From assembly GCA_051941275.1 (NCBI GenBank), contig JAVEBF010000063.1, positions 1 through 36,240 of the forward strand: 36,240 nt of DNA, given 5' to 3'. This document shows, piece after piece, positions 11,943 to 23,553 of this stretch (the first letter of the stretch is position 1; every line of letters starts with the position of its first letter). The stretch is from Dirinaria sp. TL-2023a. Taxonomy: Eukaryota. The notes below the pieces were generated by a model, which searched no databases, was not told the origin of the DNA, and saw nothing but the letters and a program-made list of their open reading frames with translations. A program made the position numbers and the translations under genes.

Positions 11943-12541
11943 TTAGGGCATCGCCATTTTCCACCCTGTCCACGCGGCCATACCGATGAGCCCGAACTCA
12001 GGAAAGTAAAACCAACCTCCGATTTGACGACCCATTCCCTGCCCAGGCACCCCAGATACGTAACCGAACGCATACATGACCCTTGCTATACACCAAGCAA
12101 AGCCCATACCAGCGCTAGCTACCGGGTACCTCAGGCCAGCAATGAGTAAGGCTGTGAGGAATTGGGGTTGGTGTTCCAGAAAATTGGCATGTGAACGTTG
12201 AGCACAATTGAACGCCAACTTCGCCCGGTCCTCCTTGGCCTCAGCATGTGAAGCGTAAGCGTTGGGTACTACACAAACAACGGAGGATTAGAGAAAAAAC
12301 CCAAAGCGGTTGCAAAGCAAGGGGCCGAAGCGACATGAGAGAAAACAAGGGGACTCCAGTACATGGGACTTTGGACGCTCTACGATACCGGCCCACGAAA
12401 GTATTGTGCCAGACACCAACGATAGTTGAAGCTGTAGCACTCAGAAGTACGTATCTACTCGATCCATCAGTGACTTGCAGACAAGCTTGAATAGGTTGGT
12501 TCAAACCCATATTCCTGGGGGACTTGGAGTGTGAGGGCCAT
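11943..12541 (-). CDS. MAPEG family microsomal glutathione S-transferase (MGST3-like). Exons 12541-12507, 12454-12363, 12268-11943
   Basis: MALTLQVPQEYGYVLL..., FNCAQRSHANFLE, GLRYP and ARVMYAFGY motifs, with hydrophobic helices. Confidence 0.92.
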
Positions 12542-13364
12542 TGTAGCTAATATTTTCCTTGTGAGGCTCGATCAAGAACGTTATTATCAGACTGAAGCTG
12601 GTATGTTCGTAGATATAGTAGCTGCAGATAGTTTAAGTATCATTTTATCTCTTAGTTTAAAATTGAAGCCTAAAATCCTCGGAACCGGAAAAGCAGTCAT
12701 CCGACGCTCAAATCCAAAAATGCAAGCCGAAATGAGCGTCTCGGCGGAATTGAATAGCCCGACGGGCATGAGATTGATAATCGGAAAATATGAGACACGT
12801 TGCAAAAAAGTCGTCCGGCACTGAGAACAGTAATTATGTTCTATGCTAAACATGTAAAAACAGATACCTCAGGTAGTATATCTAGAATCTGATCAAGAGG
12901 ACGACACAGTCGTTAGACATTGACGGACGTCGGCTCAGGAACCCACATTAACCCTGGTAGACGTTAATTAGTATCGTTTATTAAGAATCGCGTTTTGATT
13001 AAAATAAAGCTATTAACAACGAGAATGTTTGTTCGTCTCTGTGAGACGCATCATGACCTCAGTTTGGCTTTTGAATAATAATGTATCTACTGATCTACTC
13101 AATACTCACTTCATCAGAACTTTCAAATTAGGGTTCGCGTTTGAAGACGCTCAGAGGCGGGATCTCCCGAAAATCTAAAATAGGTCTTGCTTTTCGGCAG
13201 TGGAGCTTTTGAGGCTCTGAGAGCAGTTAGAGATGCTTCTGTCAGACAAGCAACGGTCCGGCCGGCTCACTCCTTAATCCCTGTAAACCCCCACAATTGC
13301 CTGTAAGGACGAACTTATTTCCATTTGCCGACTGACATGATCTCGTCGTGGCAAAGGCAGCAAC

Positions 13365-15311
13365 ATGGGAACGGCAGCTCCGGACTTGAGCGCACTGCTA
13401 AAGCGAGCAAATATCGATGACCACGAAGCAGTTCTAAGAGCCTGCAACTCGACACTGAAAAAAGCGAAAGGAGACCTGGCTACCCAGCATGTGAAAACTG
13501 TTGCGCTCTTGAAGTTGGAACGTTTTGATGACGCATTACGGACACTGGAAGCAGGAGGAGACGAGTTGAAGCAAAGGGCCAAGTTAGAGAACGCGTACGC
13601 CTTGTATAAAGATGGCAAATACGACGAAGCTAGAGCGATTGTCAAGGATATTCCCAAGGATCGTGGGGCAAAACACCTCCATGCGCAGGTTTCCTATCGA
13701 CAAGAAAATTTCTCGGCGGCGGCAGACCTCTACCAGGAACTCTCCAGCACCCAGGCGACCATTGACAACGAGGTGAATGACCTACGTATCAATAGTGGAG
13801 CTGCCGATGCGCAGTTGGAATGGGACGGGCAGGGCAATTTGGTTCGGAAGAAAAAAGCTGGGAGGGAAGATCTGGAGGCCTTCGAAACTGCTTACAATGC
13901 TGCTTGCGGATCGATCGCCCGAGGAGAGCTAGAAAAGAGTGAAATCTTACTCAAAAGGGCAAAGGACCTCTGCAATGCATCTGACGAGCTTTCTGATGCC
14001 GAAAAGTTGGCAGAATCTCTTCCTATCAGCGTACAGCAATTGTATGTCCTGATCAAGGAAGAAAAATGTCTGGAGGCACAAAAGCTAGCAGAGGAGATTA
14101 CTTTCGTCGGGACTCCAGACCAGTCTACAAGGCAGATAGGACAAAATAATAAGCTTGCCTCAGCGGCGAGCCCGCCGAACCCATACCTCTCCCAGAGGCT
14201 CTTTCAAGACATGCCAGCCCTCCCAGAAAATGACCAATTCTTCCGATACCAAGCAGAGCGCATGAGGCAGAATAGTTTGGCACTAGATCTCTTCGTCGGG
14301 AAAGCTTCTGCGGTCGTCTCGTCTACCTTGAAAGACTTGTCATCCGAATCATCCCGTTCCTTGGGCCACATGAACAAACTCTCCGTAATTAACGCTGCTG
14401 CACAAGCCCAGAACGAGCTCGGTAAATTAGGGCTCAAAGAAATCCTTCCGTTGATGGAAAAGCGACCTACAGATGTAGGACTGGCTCTTACAATCGTCCA
14501 ACTGTACATCCTAACCAACAACCACGGATCAGCTCTTACCGTGGTGGAATCCCTCCTCAACCGTCTCTCGTCCTCTGATAAACCCAGCGACGCTGACGCG
14601 CGTTTTGCGCCGGGGCTTATCGCAACCTTTGTTTCACTTTGCAGGCATCAAAACCGGCGATCTCAAATCAAAGCTGAGCTCGCAAGGGCGGCTTCTTATT
14701 GGCGACACAAATCAAAAAGACCAGTATCTCTTTTAAATGCCGCTGGGCTTGCTTTGCTGGAGTCATCGAGATCGGATGATCAAGAAGCAGCTCGCGAAAT
14801 ATTCTTTACCCTGCACAACTCCGATCCCTCGTCTCCCTTCGCTATTGCCGGTTACGTCGCTTCTCAGGTTCAACTTCCACATGTACAAGCCACCAAGGAA
14901 GTGGAGTCTCTGACTCCTGTCCCCCGCCTTACCGCGGGTATCGATGTTTCCGCGCTTGAAGCCGCTGGTGTGCCTACGACATCAGCCGGAGACAATCAGT
15001 CTCTAAAGCGCAAGCGCGTTTTCGAAGAGAAGCCGAAACCGGCGAAGAAGCGGGTCAAGAAATCAAGGTTACCGAAAAACTACGATCCGGACAAGCAGCC
15101 AGATCCCGAGCGATGGTTGCCGTTAAGGGATCGATCGACATATAAGCCCAAGGGAAAGAAAGGGAAGAAGAAAGCCGAGCAATTGACACAGGGTGGAATT
15201 TCGGAGAGGGTCGAGGGTAACAAGGGAAGTGGGGAGGGGGTAATCCAGGCAAAAAGCGGAGGAGGTGGAGGAGGAGGGAAGAAAGGCGGCAAGAAGAAGG
15301 GAAAGAAATGA
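13365..15311 (+). CDS. SRP72: Signal recognition particle subunit SRP72
   Basis: 648-aa single-exon ORF. TPR-like N-terminus, ETAYNAAC motif, and the C-terminal RNA-binding motif LPKNYDPDKQPDPERWLPLRDRS with a lysine-rich tail. Confidence 0.96.
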   Translation: MGTAAPDLSALLKRANIDDHEAVLRACNSTLKKAKGDLATQHVKTVALLKLERFDDALRTLEAGGDELKQRAKLENAYALYKDGKYDEARAIVKDIPKDRGAKHLHAQVSYRQENFSAAADLYQELSSTQATIDNEVNDLRINSGAADAQLEWDGQGNLVRKKKAGREDLEAFETAYNAACGSIARGELEKSEILLKRAKDLCNASDELSDAEKLAESLPISVQQLYVLIKEEKCLEAQKLAEEITFVGTPDQSTRQIGQNNKLASAASPPNPYLSQRLFQDMPALPENDQFFRYQAERMRQNSLALDLFVGKASAVVSSTLKDLSSESSRSLGHMNKLSVINAAAQAQNELGKLGLKEILPLMEKRPTDVGLALTIVQLYILTNNHGSALTVVESLLNRLSSSDKPSDADARFAPGLIATFVSLCRHQNRRSQIKAELARAASYWRHKSKRPVSLLNAAGLALLESSRSDDQEAAREIFFTLHNSDPSSPFAIAGYVASQVQLPHVQATKEVESLTPVPRLTAGIDVSALEAAGVPTTSAGDNQSLKRKRVFEEKPKPAKKRVKKSRLPKNYDPDKQPDPERWLPLRDRSTYKPKGKKGKKKAEQLTQGGISERVEGNKGSGEGVIQAKSGGGGGGGKKGGKKKGKK

Positions 15312-15690
15312 CCCGAGTTTCTTTCATCCTTGAATGATCAACGACCATATCCTAGGAAAAGCCATGTAAAGCAGATATCAATTCATAGCGGTCACGTAAT
15401 TACAAATGTAGTAATTAGGAGGCGCTAGACTGGGTCTATATAAAATGACAGACTTGGTTAGACCCGCAGAAATATAGCGCCGTTCTGCGGAGGGCCGAGG
15501 CGGGCCTGGCCTGGAACCCGTTTCGGAATCTACTTTGATTAGCAGAAAATGAGCTACTACTGTACTATTTACGCGCCGCATCTTTCGGGCCTCCCTTCTG
15601 CTGGTCACATAGATCCTTGCCATAAGATGAGAAAGAAGTCGTTGAAGGTCACGGCGTCCTCCAAGTTGAACTAGCAATTCAACGCTATTC

Positions 15691-17811
15691 ATGTCGGCCG
15701 CTCAATCACCTTATAATGCTCACACGTCCCGGCCGCCATCCGATAGTTCACTCATGCAATGTGCAGACGCCGATGAGATTGACGAGTCTGAAAGCCGTAG
15801 AGCAAAATTGCCTACCTCGCTCCTTAGCCGCGATGTCCTCCAGCCGGCATTTCAATACAATGCTGCCCTTCATGTCCTCGACACCACTCCTGCACAAGCG
15901 CATCCGACGATAGTATCTCCACCACCGCATACCCCTCAGAGTGCCGGGCTTCGGATAGAAACAGAACCTCTCTCAGGCCGAAATTACATGAGCGAGACTA
16001 CCTCAAAAATACCATTTCCCTCATTACCAGAAAACACGCAGCAGACATTCGAAAACTCGGGTCTGCCTATCCGGAGAAGTTCGAGCGTACGATCAGCGCT
16101 ACCGGCATCGCGATCAAGAGTCAATTCCCTCACCCCTGGGTCCGCTGTATCCTCGCCCGGAGTAGGGCCGCTTGTTGACATAACTCCTTTACCATCTCCA
16201 CTGGCTTTATCTGCCTCTCCAGGACTGTGGACACGAGCTGCCGAGGCACTTCCAGCACAACCGACAACTCCGACAACAATTCCAACAGCAGGCATGACTT
16301 TCCCAGCGGAGCCCATCAATTTCGCACGGACATCCCCTCGAAAACGCAGAGGACCAATTGGTTTAGCTTCATCAGGCGATGGCGGATTTGGAATCGATTC
16401 ACAGATCAGTGCGTTCAATGCAACGAGCCACTCTAGGAATCGAAGCACAAGTGAATATGTTCCGGAGCCCATTCAAGTTTCTCGGCCCCGCAATATCGTG
16501 GTCTCAGGATCTAAAGTGCTGCCTAATCTAGAACCTCGTTCGCCTCCTCTCGACCACCTGCATAGAGAAGAGTACTTGGCTGTGCAGCGGGGCATAAGCG
16601 TCCCCATTGCGAAACCGCCTACGCCACCAAAGAGCAATCTGGGGACCGACAGCAGTGATCAGGAAAGTCCTCCCATAAGCCCGCAGGCAGCAGAATCCGT
16701 GCCCCTGCATTATGAAGCAACCATGATTCGAAGTAATCGTATTCGACGCTGGAGAGCTGTAAGACAACTTGGCAAAGGTACATTCAGCACGGTTATGCTG
16801 GCAACTAGCGAAGATGCGAAGAGAGAGGATGTTATAGCTGCTAGGGAAATATCGACTGGACTGCGTAGAGAAGACGAGCAAATGCTCGATCGTAAGAATC
16901 TGGTTGCGGTCAAGATTTGTGAGCACGGACCTGCGGGTGGTGCTGACGAAAAGAAAATCGAGGTGTCCTTGAAGAGAGAATTGGAAATACTGAAGTCTAT
17001 AGAGCATCCATCGCTAGTACACTTGAAAGCCGTCAACATCATGGAGCAACGAGCGCTCCTCGTACTGAACTATTGTGCCGGTGGAGATCTTTTCGATTTG
17101 GCCGTTTCAAAACCAGAAGTCCTTGTGCCTAGGTTGATCCGACGCGTATTCGCAGAACTTGTTGCTGCTGTGCAGTATCTGCATCTCCAATTCATAGTGC
17201 ACCGGGACATTAAACTTGAGAGTACGGGTTTTCTCGGTTGTCAGGACTAAGTTCCATTGCTGACGGCATTCTTAGATATCCTGGTGAATATACCCACCAC
17301 CCAACTCTCAGCCATTGATGACTGGCAGAGTTATCCTATCCCAGTCGTTACATTGACAGACCTCGGTCTTGGTCGCTGGATACCGAAACCACCAGAATCA
17401 CCTATGCTGGACACTAAGTGCGGCAGCGAGGACTACGCTGCGCCGGAACTTCTTATGGGACGGGAGTACGATGGTCGAGCAACCGATGCTTGGGCGCTTG
17501 GAGTCACGCTATACTGTATCATGGAAGGCCGATTACCATTTGACGCGATCCCCGGCGCTCGGCGAAACAGTCCACCAAAGCATCGGATTGCAAGGTGCGA
17601 GTGGAGTTGGGTCAAGTTCGCCGACACCGACGGCGAGTGGGACCCTGTGAAAGGAAAAGAATTCGAGGGCGCGAAAGAAGTGGTCGAAGGGCTCTTGGCT
17701 CGACTTCGAAACCGTTGGAGCTTAGAAAAGGTTCAGGGAACTGAGTGGGTCAGCAAAGGAATCGAAGTGGAAGGCGGCCTCAGAAGAACAGAGGAGGAAG
17801 ACGACAGCTAG
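15691..17811 (+). CDS. Ser/Thr protein kinase with long Ser/Pro-rich N-terminus (Prr1/Nnk1-like). Intron 17222-17275
   Basis: LGKGTFSTV, VAVK, HRDIKLENIL (spliced), DLG in place of DFG, CGSEDYAAPE and DAWALGV. Confidence 0.92.
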
Positions 17812-18160
17812 GAGCCCGGAAATTCGTGAACCAGACAGTTTTGGCATCGCAGGACGACGATTTGATATTTTTTGGTCTTTATGCTCTGGGTTCGCTTCAA
17901 TATGGCATTGTTTGCAGGAAAGAAAGCTAGAGTTTAGAATTCCATTGGCCGGGAGCACTTGGAGATTTCACTTCTGGACGCCTACTGTTTTAGAAGGCGA
18001 TGCGCTCAGGCGATTTTATCAAAGTTCTACTGAAATACCTATTCTTCATGCTAGATGGCAAATGCAATATCATCTTAGTACGAGTACCAACAATTCCTGA
18101 TCCTACATTAAGTTCGCATGCGGGGGGGCTTTAAGGGGTTAAATCCGGGCTCGCTAGCCT

Positions 18161-18170
18161 CCGGCATCGG
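18161..18170. promoter_or_regulatory. Leu3/LeuB-type Zn2Cys6 site CCG-N4-CGG upstream of ILV3
   Basis: CCGGCATCGG about 100-120 bp upstream of the ILV3 start. A second match, CCGGTTACGG, lies at 18322-18331. Confidence 0.55.
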
Positions 18171-18289
18171 CCTCGAGCACGACCTTACTTTAAGAGCTCG
18201 ATAATTGGTTGCTCTCTGCTCGAACCTTTTACTTGGGTGTCAAGTCATGGAACGTGCACCATGATATGGTCCATGAATCTTCCTTCAAC

Positions 18290-20192
18290 ATGGTCTGTCA
18301 TGGGCCCCGGAACCTGGCCGCCCGGTTACGGGTTGGCCTTCCTAGACCTCTAACCAGGCGGTAAGTAGTACTACGCATTTCATCATCACCATTATCTCTA
18401 TCAGCAATTGAAGTACTGGACTAAAATACTTTTTTTTCTCATTGGAAGGAAACGCTTTTTCTCGACCTCGACTGCGCGATGGACGGACGCGAGCAGTTCC
18501 CAGCAGCGCCTGAACAAAGTCAGCCAGCACATCACGCAGCCCAAGTCTCAAGGCGCGTCACAAGCCATGCTGTACGCGACCGGGCTGCGAGAAACGGACA
18601 TGTCGAAGGCGCAAGTCGGCATCTCGTCCGTCTGGTACACCGGCAACCCATGCAACATGCACCTCATGGACCTGAACAACCGGGTCAAGGAAGGCGTCGA
18701 GAAATCGGGGCTCATCGGCTACCAGTTCAATACGATCGGGGTCAGTGATGGGATATCCATGGGCACCAAGGGGATGCGGTATTCGCTCCAGTCTCGCGAT
18801 CTCATCGCCGACTCCATCGAGACGGTGATGGGTGGCCAGTGGTACGATGCCAACATCTCGATTCCTGGCTGCGACAAGAACATGCCTGGCGTCATCATGG
18901 CCATGGGCCGCGTCAATCGCCCGGCATTGATGGTTTACGGTGGCACGATCAAGCCTGGATGCGCGGCGCTGCAGAACAATGCAGATATCGATATCGTATC
19001 GGCCTTCCAGGCCTACGGGCAATTCATCACTGGAGAAATCAACGAAGAGCAACGCTTTGACGTGATTCGGCATGCGTGTCCCGGCAGTGGAGCTTGTGGA
19101 GGGATGTATACAGCGAATACTATGGCAACAGCTCTTGAAACCATGGGCATGACTCTTCCTGGCTCGTCATCTAACCCTGCAGAGTCGCGCGCCAAGGCGC
19201 TCGAATGCCTGGCCGCGGGCGGTGCCATCAAGAAGCTGCTCGAAGAGGATATCAGACCCTCTGACATACTCACGCGCGAGGCTTTTGAGAATGCTATGGT
19301 AGTTGTGAACATTACTGGTGGCTCGACCAACGCCGTTCTCCACTTGATAGCTATAGCTCATTCTGTTGGCATTGATCTCACAATCGACGACTTCCAATCT
19401 GTCAGCGACCGCACGCCTTTCCTCGCTGACCTTAAGCCGTCAGGGAAATATGTCATGGCTGACATCCATGCCATTGGCGGAACTCCTGCACTACTTAAGC
19501 TCCTGCTCAAGGAGAACGTTATCACGGGCTCTGGGATGACGGTCACCGGTCAGACGTTGGCTGAGAACTTGAAATCTGCACCCGATTTCCCATCGGATCA
19601 GACAATTATCAAACCCTTCAGCAATCCAATTAAACCGACAGGTCATATACAGATCCTACGTGGTAGTCTTGCCCCTGGCGGCTCTGTGGGTAAGATCACC
19701 GGTAAAGAAGGAACGCGATTTGTGGGTAGAGCCAAAGTCTACGATGATGAAGATGATTTTGTTACCGCTCTCGAACAAGGCTCAATCAAGAAGGGCGAGA
19801 AGACCGTTGTCGTCATCCGATACGAGGGGCCCAAAGGTGGGCCGGGCATGCCAGAGATGTTGAAACCTAGTAGTGCTATCATGGGCGCGGGACTTGGCAA
19901 AGACGTCGCTCTCATCACCGATGGACGATTTAGCGGCGGAAGCCACGGGTTTTTGATCGGCCACATTGTTCCTGAGGCACAACAAGGAGGCCCTATCGCG
20001 CTTGTCAGGGATGGGGATGAGATTACCATTGATGCAGAGACTCGAAAGTTAGACGTGTCTCTGTCAGAACAAGAGATGGAGAGAAGGCGAAAGGAGTGGG
20101 TAGCGCCGGCGATCAAGTACGAAAAGGGGACTCTAAAGAAGTATGCCAGTTTAGTGAGCGACGCCAGCCATGGATGCATTACAGACGCTTGA
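18290..20192 (+). CDS. ILV3: Mitochondrial dihydroxy-acid dehydratase. Exons 18290(or 18266)-18360, 18449-20192
   Basis: [47 protein letters not shown] and [13 protein letters not shown]. Arg-rich presequence in exon 1, GTAAGT donor at 18361. Confidence 0.97.
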
Positions 20193-21917
20193 ACACGGGG
20201 GCTGCGGCCGGAGAATCCCAACGCACTTATAGATCCCATGTTCTTGTGCAGTGAGAAGTCCAGATCCGGTTGCTGAGACCTCACATGTTGAATAAGGGCC
20301 TTGCAGTAGACAGTCCAAGTGGCTGCTGGCTGCTGGCTGCTCTCGACCGGATCTGTCATTGACAAAATTTCAAATCTAGAAGATACCCTTAGCATTGTCT
20401 AGCTGTAGATATGTCACTTCTGCGAAAAACTGCAATAAGATTCCGTATATCCCTGACAATCCGGGTTGGATGTTCTGGTTTCCGTAAAGTAAATTTATTT
20501 CGAAGGGTACCTTACAATACAATACTAGCGCGTTGGCGGGAACGAGCAGTCTTTAGCGGGTCTTGGCTGCGCTAAGCAGCGACGTCGTCTCTACCTTACC
20601 CTGAACGGCCGCCCAACTGTGCCTTCATTCGGCAACTTCAAGTTCAACAGTATCGCAACTTCCTCAACGTGAATCACGGATCCTGTGAAAGAGGATTCTG
20701 CAGTCCTCGAGGCTCGAGGCTCCAATCCCATCCATATTGAAGAAAGCGATCGGGCGACTCCAAATCGTGCATGACAACCATCCTACTCATAGGGCACGAA
20801 CGATCATCTGTCGGTCTGTTCTGAACTGGCCAGAAATCACAAGTATGTATCTTCTCAATTGGTTTCTTCCTCTTCAGTATTCTGCTATTCTACCATTTTG
20901 GACAAGAGCATGTGAAAAAGCGCGCCCAGCCAACAAGCATATATCTTGAGCAACGGCATTGGCCATTCCTCACCCGCATGAAATAATCCTATGCAATTCG
21001 TGGGACCCGGAAGTATCAGTGGAAATATTGCTAGAAATTCCTTGCGAAGCCTTCAAGGCGAGATTAAAGAGACGAGTAAACCCTGTCAAAGATTTGAGCT
21101 TGGCTTGAAAGTACTTGCATATTACCGGAGGCCCTTCTGTGAAAAGCGTTGCCTGGGATTACTGTAACATCTATCTACATACTCAAACGCCTTTGGAGCA
21201 AGCGAAAATCCACCCGAGTCTCGAAATGTCGTGGAACCCAGTCGGGAAGAATCCACGAAAACGGTACAAACGTTATGATGTACATCTTGACGATGATACT
21301 TCACCGGGAGAAGGTCCTAGTACCCCAATCCAAACGGTTAAGAAATGGCGCCACTACCATCCAAACTCTCAGAAATTTAAAAATCATAAATATCCCTTGG
21401 TTGGGATACCTCATCGAAAGATGGCGAGACTATTCCAATTCAAAGCGTCAAAGGATCGCGCTACTACTCTCCACCAGAGACTCCGAAGCATCAAGGTATG
21501 GTCTTATTCCGTCGACATATCGAGGCCAATGCAAGTCAATAACTCGCCGTCGATGACGTAGGGCCAAATAACACAATGGCCAGCTTTCGTGACCATCGCA
21601 AGACTTCGCCGTTAGCCCTTCGCGAACCAGCCAAGCCCGAAGCAACCAAACAAGTGTCACTGTTCACCAAAGATGCTTCTGACAACACGAATGCTGTGCT
21701 ATCTTATTCACCTCAACACAATGAAATGAAAAACCACTTCCCTGGGCGATCGGCCCGACACTCAGCGCTTGGCGCCGCCGTAACAAATGGCCCTCCATCG
21801 GATTCTTCTTCTGATTTATGTTGTTATATTGCTCATCCCCCTCGACCATCAGAATACCCCTTACGCAAGTTCTCTTTTGACAGACAATTCCCGCTCGCAA
21901 AGAATACTGGAGGTTCA

Positions 21918-22952
21918 ATGGCTAATAAGAAAACGCTTAAAGTGGCAGCAGGTGTTGTTCCGCCAACCCTACCTCCATCGGTGGAGGAAGCGTATCGGAA
22001 GAAATGCATCGAGCTGAGACGCCGCATGGCAGAGGTCGAGCAAAGCAATGACAGCTTTCGCCTTCGTAAAAACCGACTCCTACGAGGAATACGCAAGATA
22101 CGCTTAGAACGGACTATCCTCCTCGATCTTCTCGGAAAACGCATGCGCAAAAATGGGGATGATGGATACTACGACGATGACAGCGAAGACAGTAGCGAGA
22201 TTCCGGCCACTGTAGGTCCTTTCCAACATCACATCGTCTGAATCTTCAAATAACGCATTGAATGATAGCCGAATGACAAGCCTCTGCGCAATAAACGCAG
22301 CCACCGCCGCACAGTGATCTCTTCACCACCCATGCTTGCACAGCAAGTTTCAAGCTCGATCGGGGCACCTCATCAACATCATCGATCAGCCCTAGCACCC
22401 TACCAGTCTCACCACGAGATCTCATTCTCGGCCGTGCAGACCCCGAACGGGATCTCGCACTTGCAATCTCACCCTTCATCTCACCCGGAGCTATACTCGA
22501 CGCACAACCTCCTCCCGTCCGCGGACTCCCAAATCCACTACCCGGCCTCGGCCTTCGAATACTTCTTGGACGACCAATTCTACCAATCGGCGCAAGGGCA
22601 GAATTTCCGCAGCGAAGAGGAAATGATCGAGGCCGCGCACGCGGCTTGGTCGAAGCTCACCACGGACCAAATCGACACCTACGTCCAACATTGGACCCAC
22701 AACCTGACGAGGTGGCGGCAGGCGATGGAGGAAGAAGCCCTGCGCACAGGCGAACCCCCGAGAGGTCAGCTTGCCGCTGGTAGTGGTGGTGGTGGTGCCA
22801 GACTCGAGAGCGCTGCTCGCAGAGATTCGGACCTCGCGCAGCGAGAGCGAGACCGTGAGGCGGAGAGACAGCGGGATCTGGAGATGGAGAACCAGACCAA
22901 CAATGAGGACAGTAAGAGGGTTGGCGGTTCGGGCTTCACCTCCATTAATTGA
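21918..22952 (+). CDS. Nhp10-like INO80 complex subunit: coiled coil plus degenerate HMG box. Intron 22212-22268; an in-frame upstream ATG at 21576 is also possible
   Basis: LPPSVEEAYRKKCIELRRR...RLERTILL..L coiled coil, spliced PATPNDKPLRNKRSHR, and HMG-like PASAFEYF...AWSKLTTDQ..Y. Confidence 0.75.
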
Positions 22953-22967
22953 TTGATTGATTGATTG
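22948..22967 (+). repeat. (ATTG)5 microsatellite overlapping the stop codon
   Basis: attgattgattgattgattg. Confidence 0.9.
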
Positions 22968-23291
22968 ATCGATATGGGATCGGCGTGGCTGGCTGGTGTG
23001 GACCTAGGCTGTCTCGCGAGGGTCCTTTCCCCTCCCGACTTGGGCGTGAGGTTCCGGGTTCGATGGGTTTCTGTGGCGTGTATGTTGGGAAGACGGGGGA
23101 GAGGAGTAGGAGGGGAGAGGGGGGGAATTAGTTATTAGAGCTTTGTTCCCCCTCCCCTGCCTACTACCATGTTTTAATCTTCCGCAAGGACTCTCTGTAA
23201 AGTAAGGTATTGTTTTTAAATTAGATCGATTGCATGGCTGTTTATTCATATCCCTCAAGGTACCTTATTTAGAACTGGCTACCACTATCTA

Positions 23292-23405
23292 CTTGCTCTT
23301 GCTCTTGCTCTATGACGAGAATTGTGAATTGTAACCTAGATAGATGGATGGATGGATGGATTGATGAAAATCTTATGTATGTATTGTATGTGAGGTATGT
23401 ATGTA
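23292..23405 (+). repeat. Short tandem repeats: (CTTGCT)3, (GATG)4, imperfect (TATG)n
   Basis: Directly visible in the intergenic region between two convergent genes. Confidence 0.8.
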
Positions 23406-23553
23406 CAATGATCCAAGAGCACAGAGACACGCACATTTCCTCTCTCTTTACCTCTAGCGCTTATCTACCTTATCGGTGTATGTATGTACAAGTACTTGCT
23501 ACGACACAGGCACTGTATAGGGCACCTAATGCCGCCCGCCGTTAATTGACCGA

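Noticed and set aside
12820..13130. AT-richer intergenic stretch as a RIP-degraded transposon
   Set aside because: Short, retains CpA/CpG, and has no terminal repeats. It is consistent with an ordinary divergent promoter.
17359..17367. DLG instead of DFG as a sign of a pseudokinase
   Set aside because: The catalytic Lys, HRD and the Asp of DxG are all intact, and DLG occurs in active kinases.
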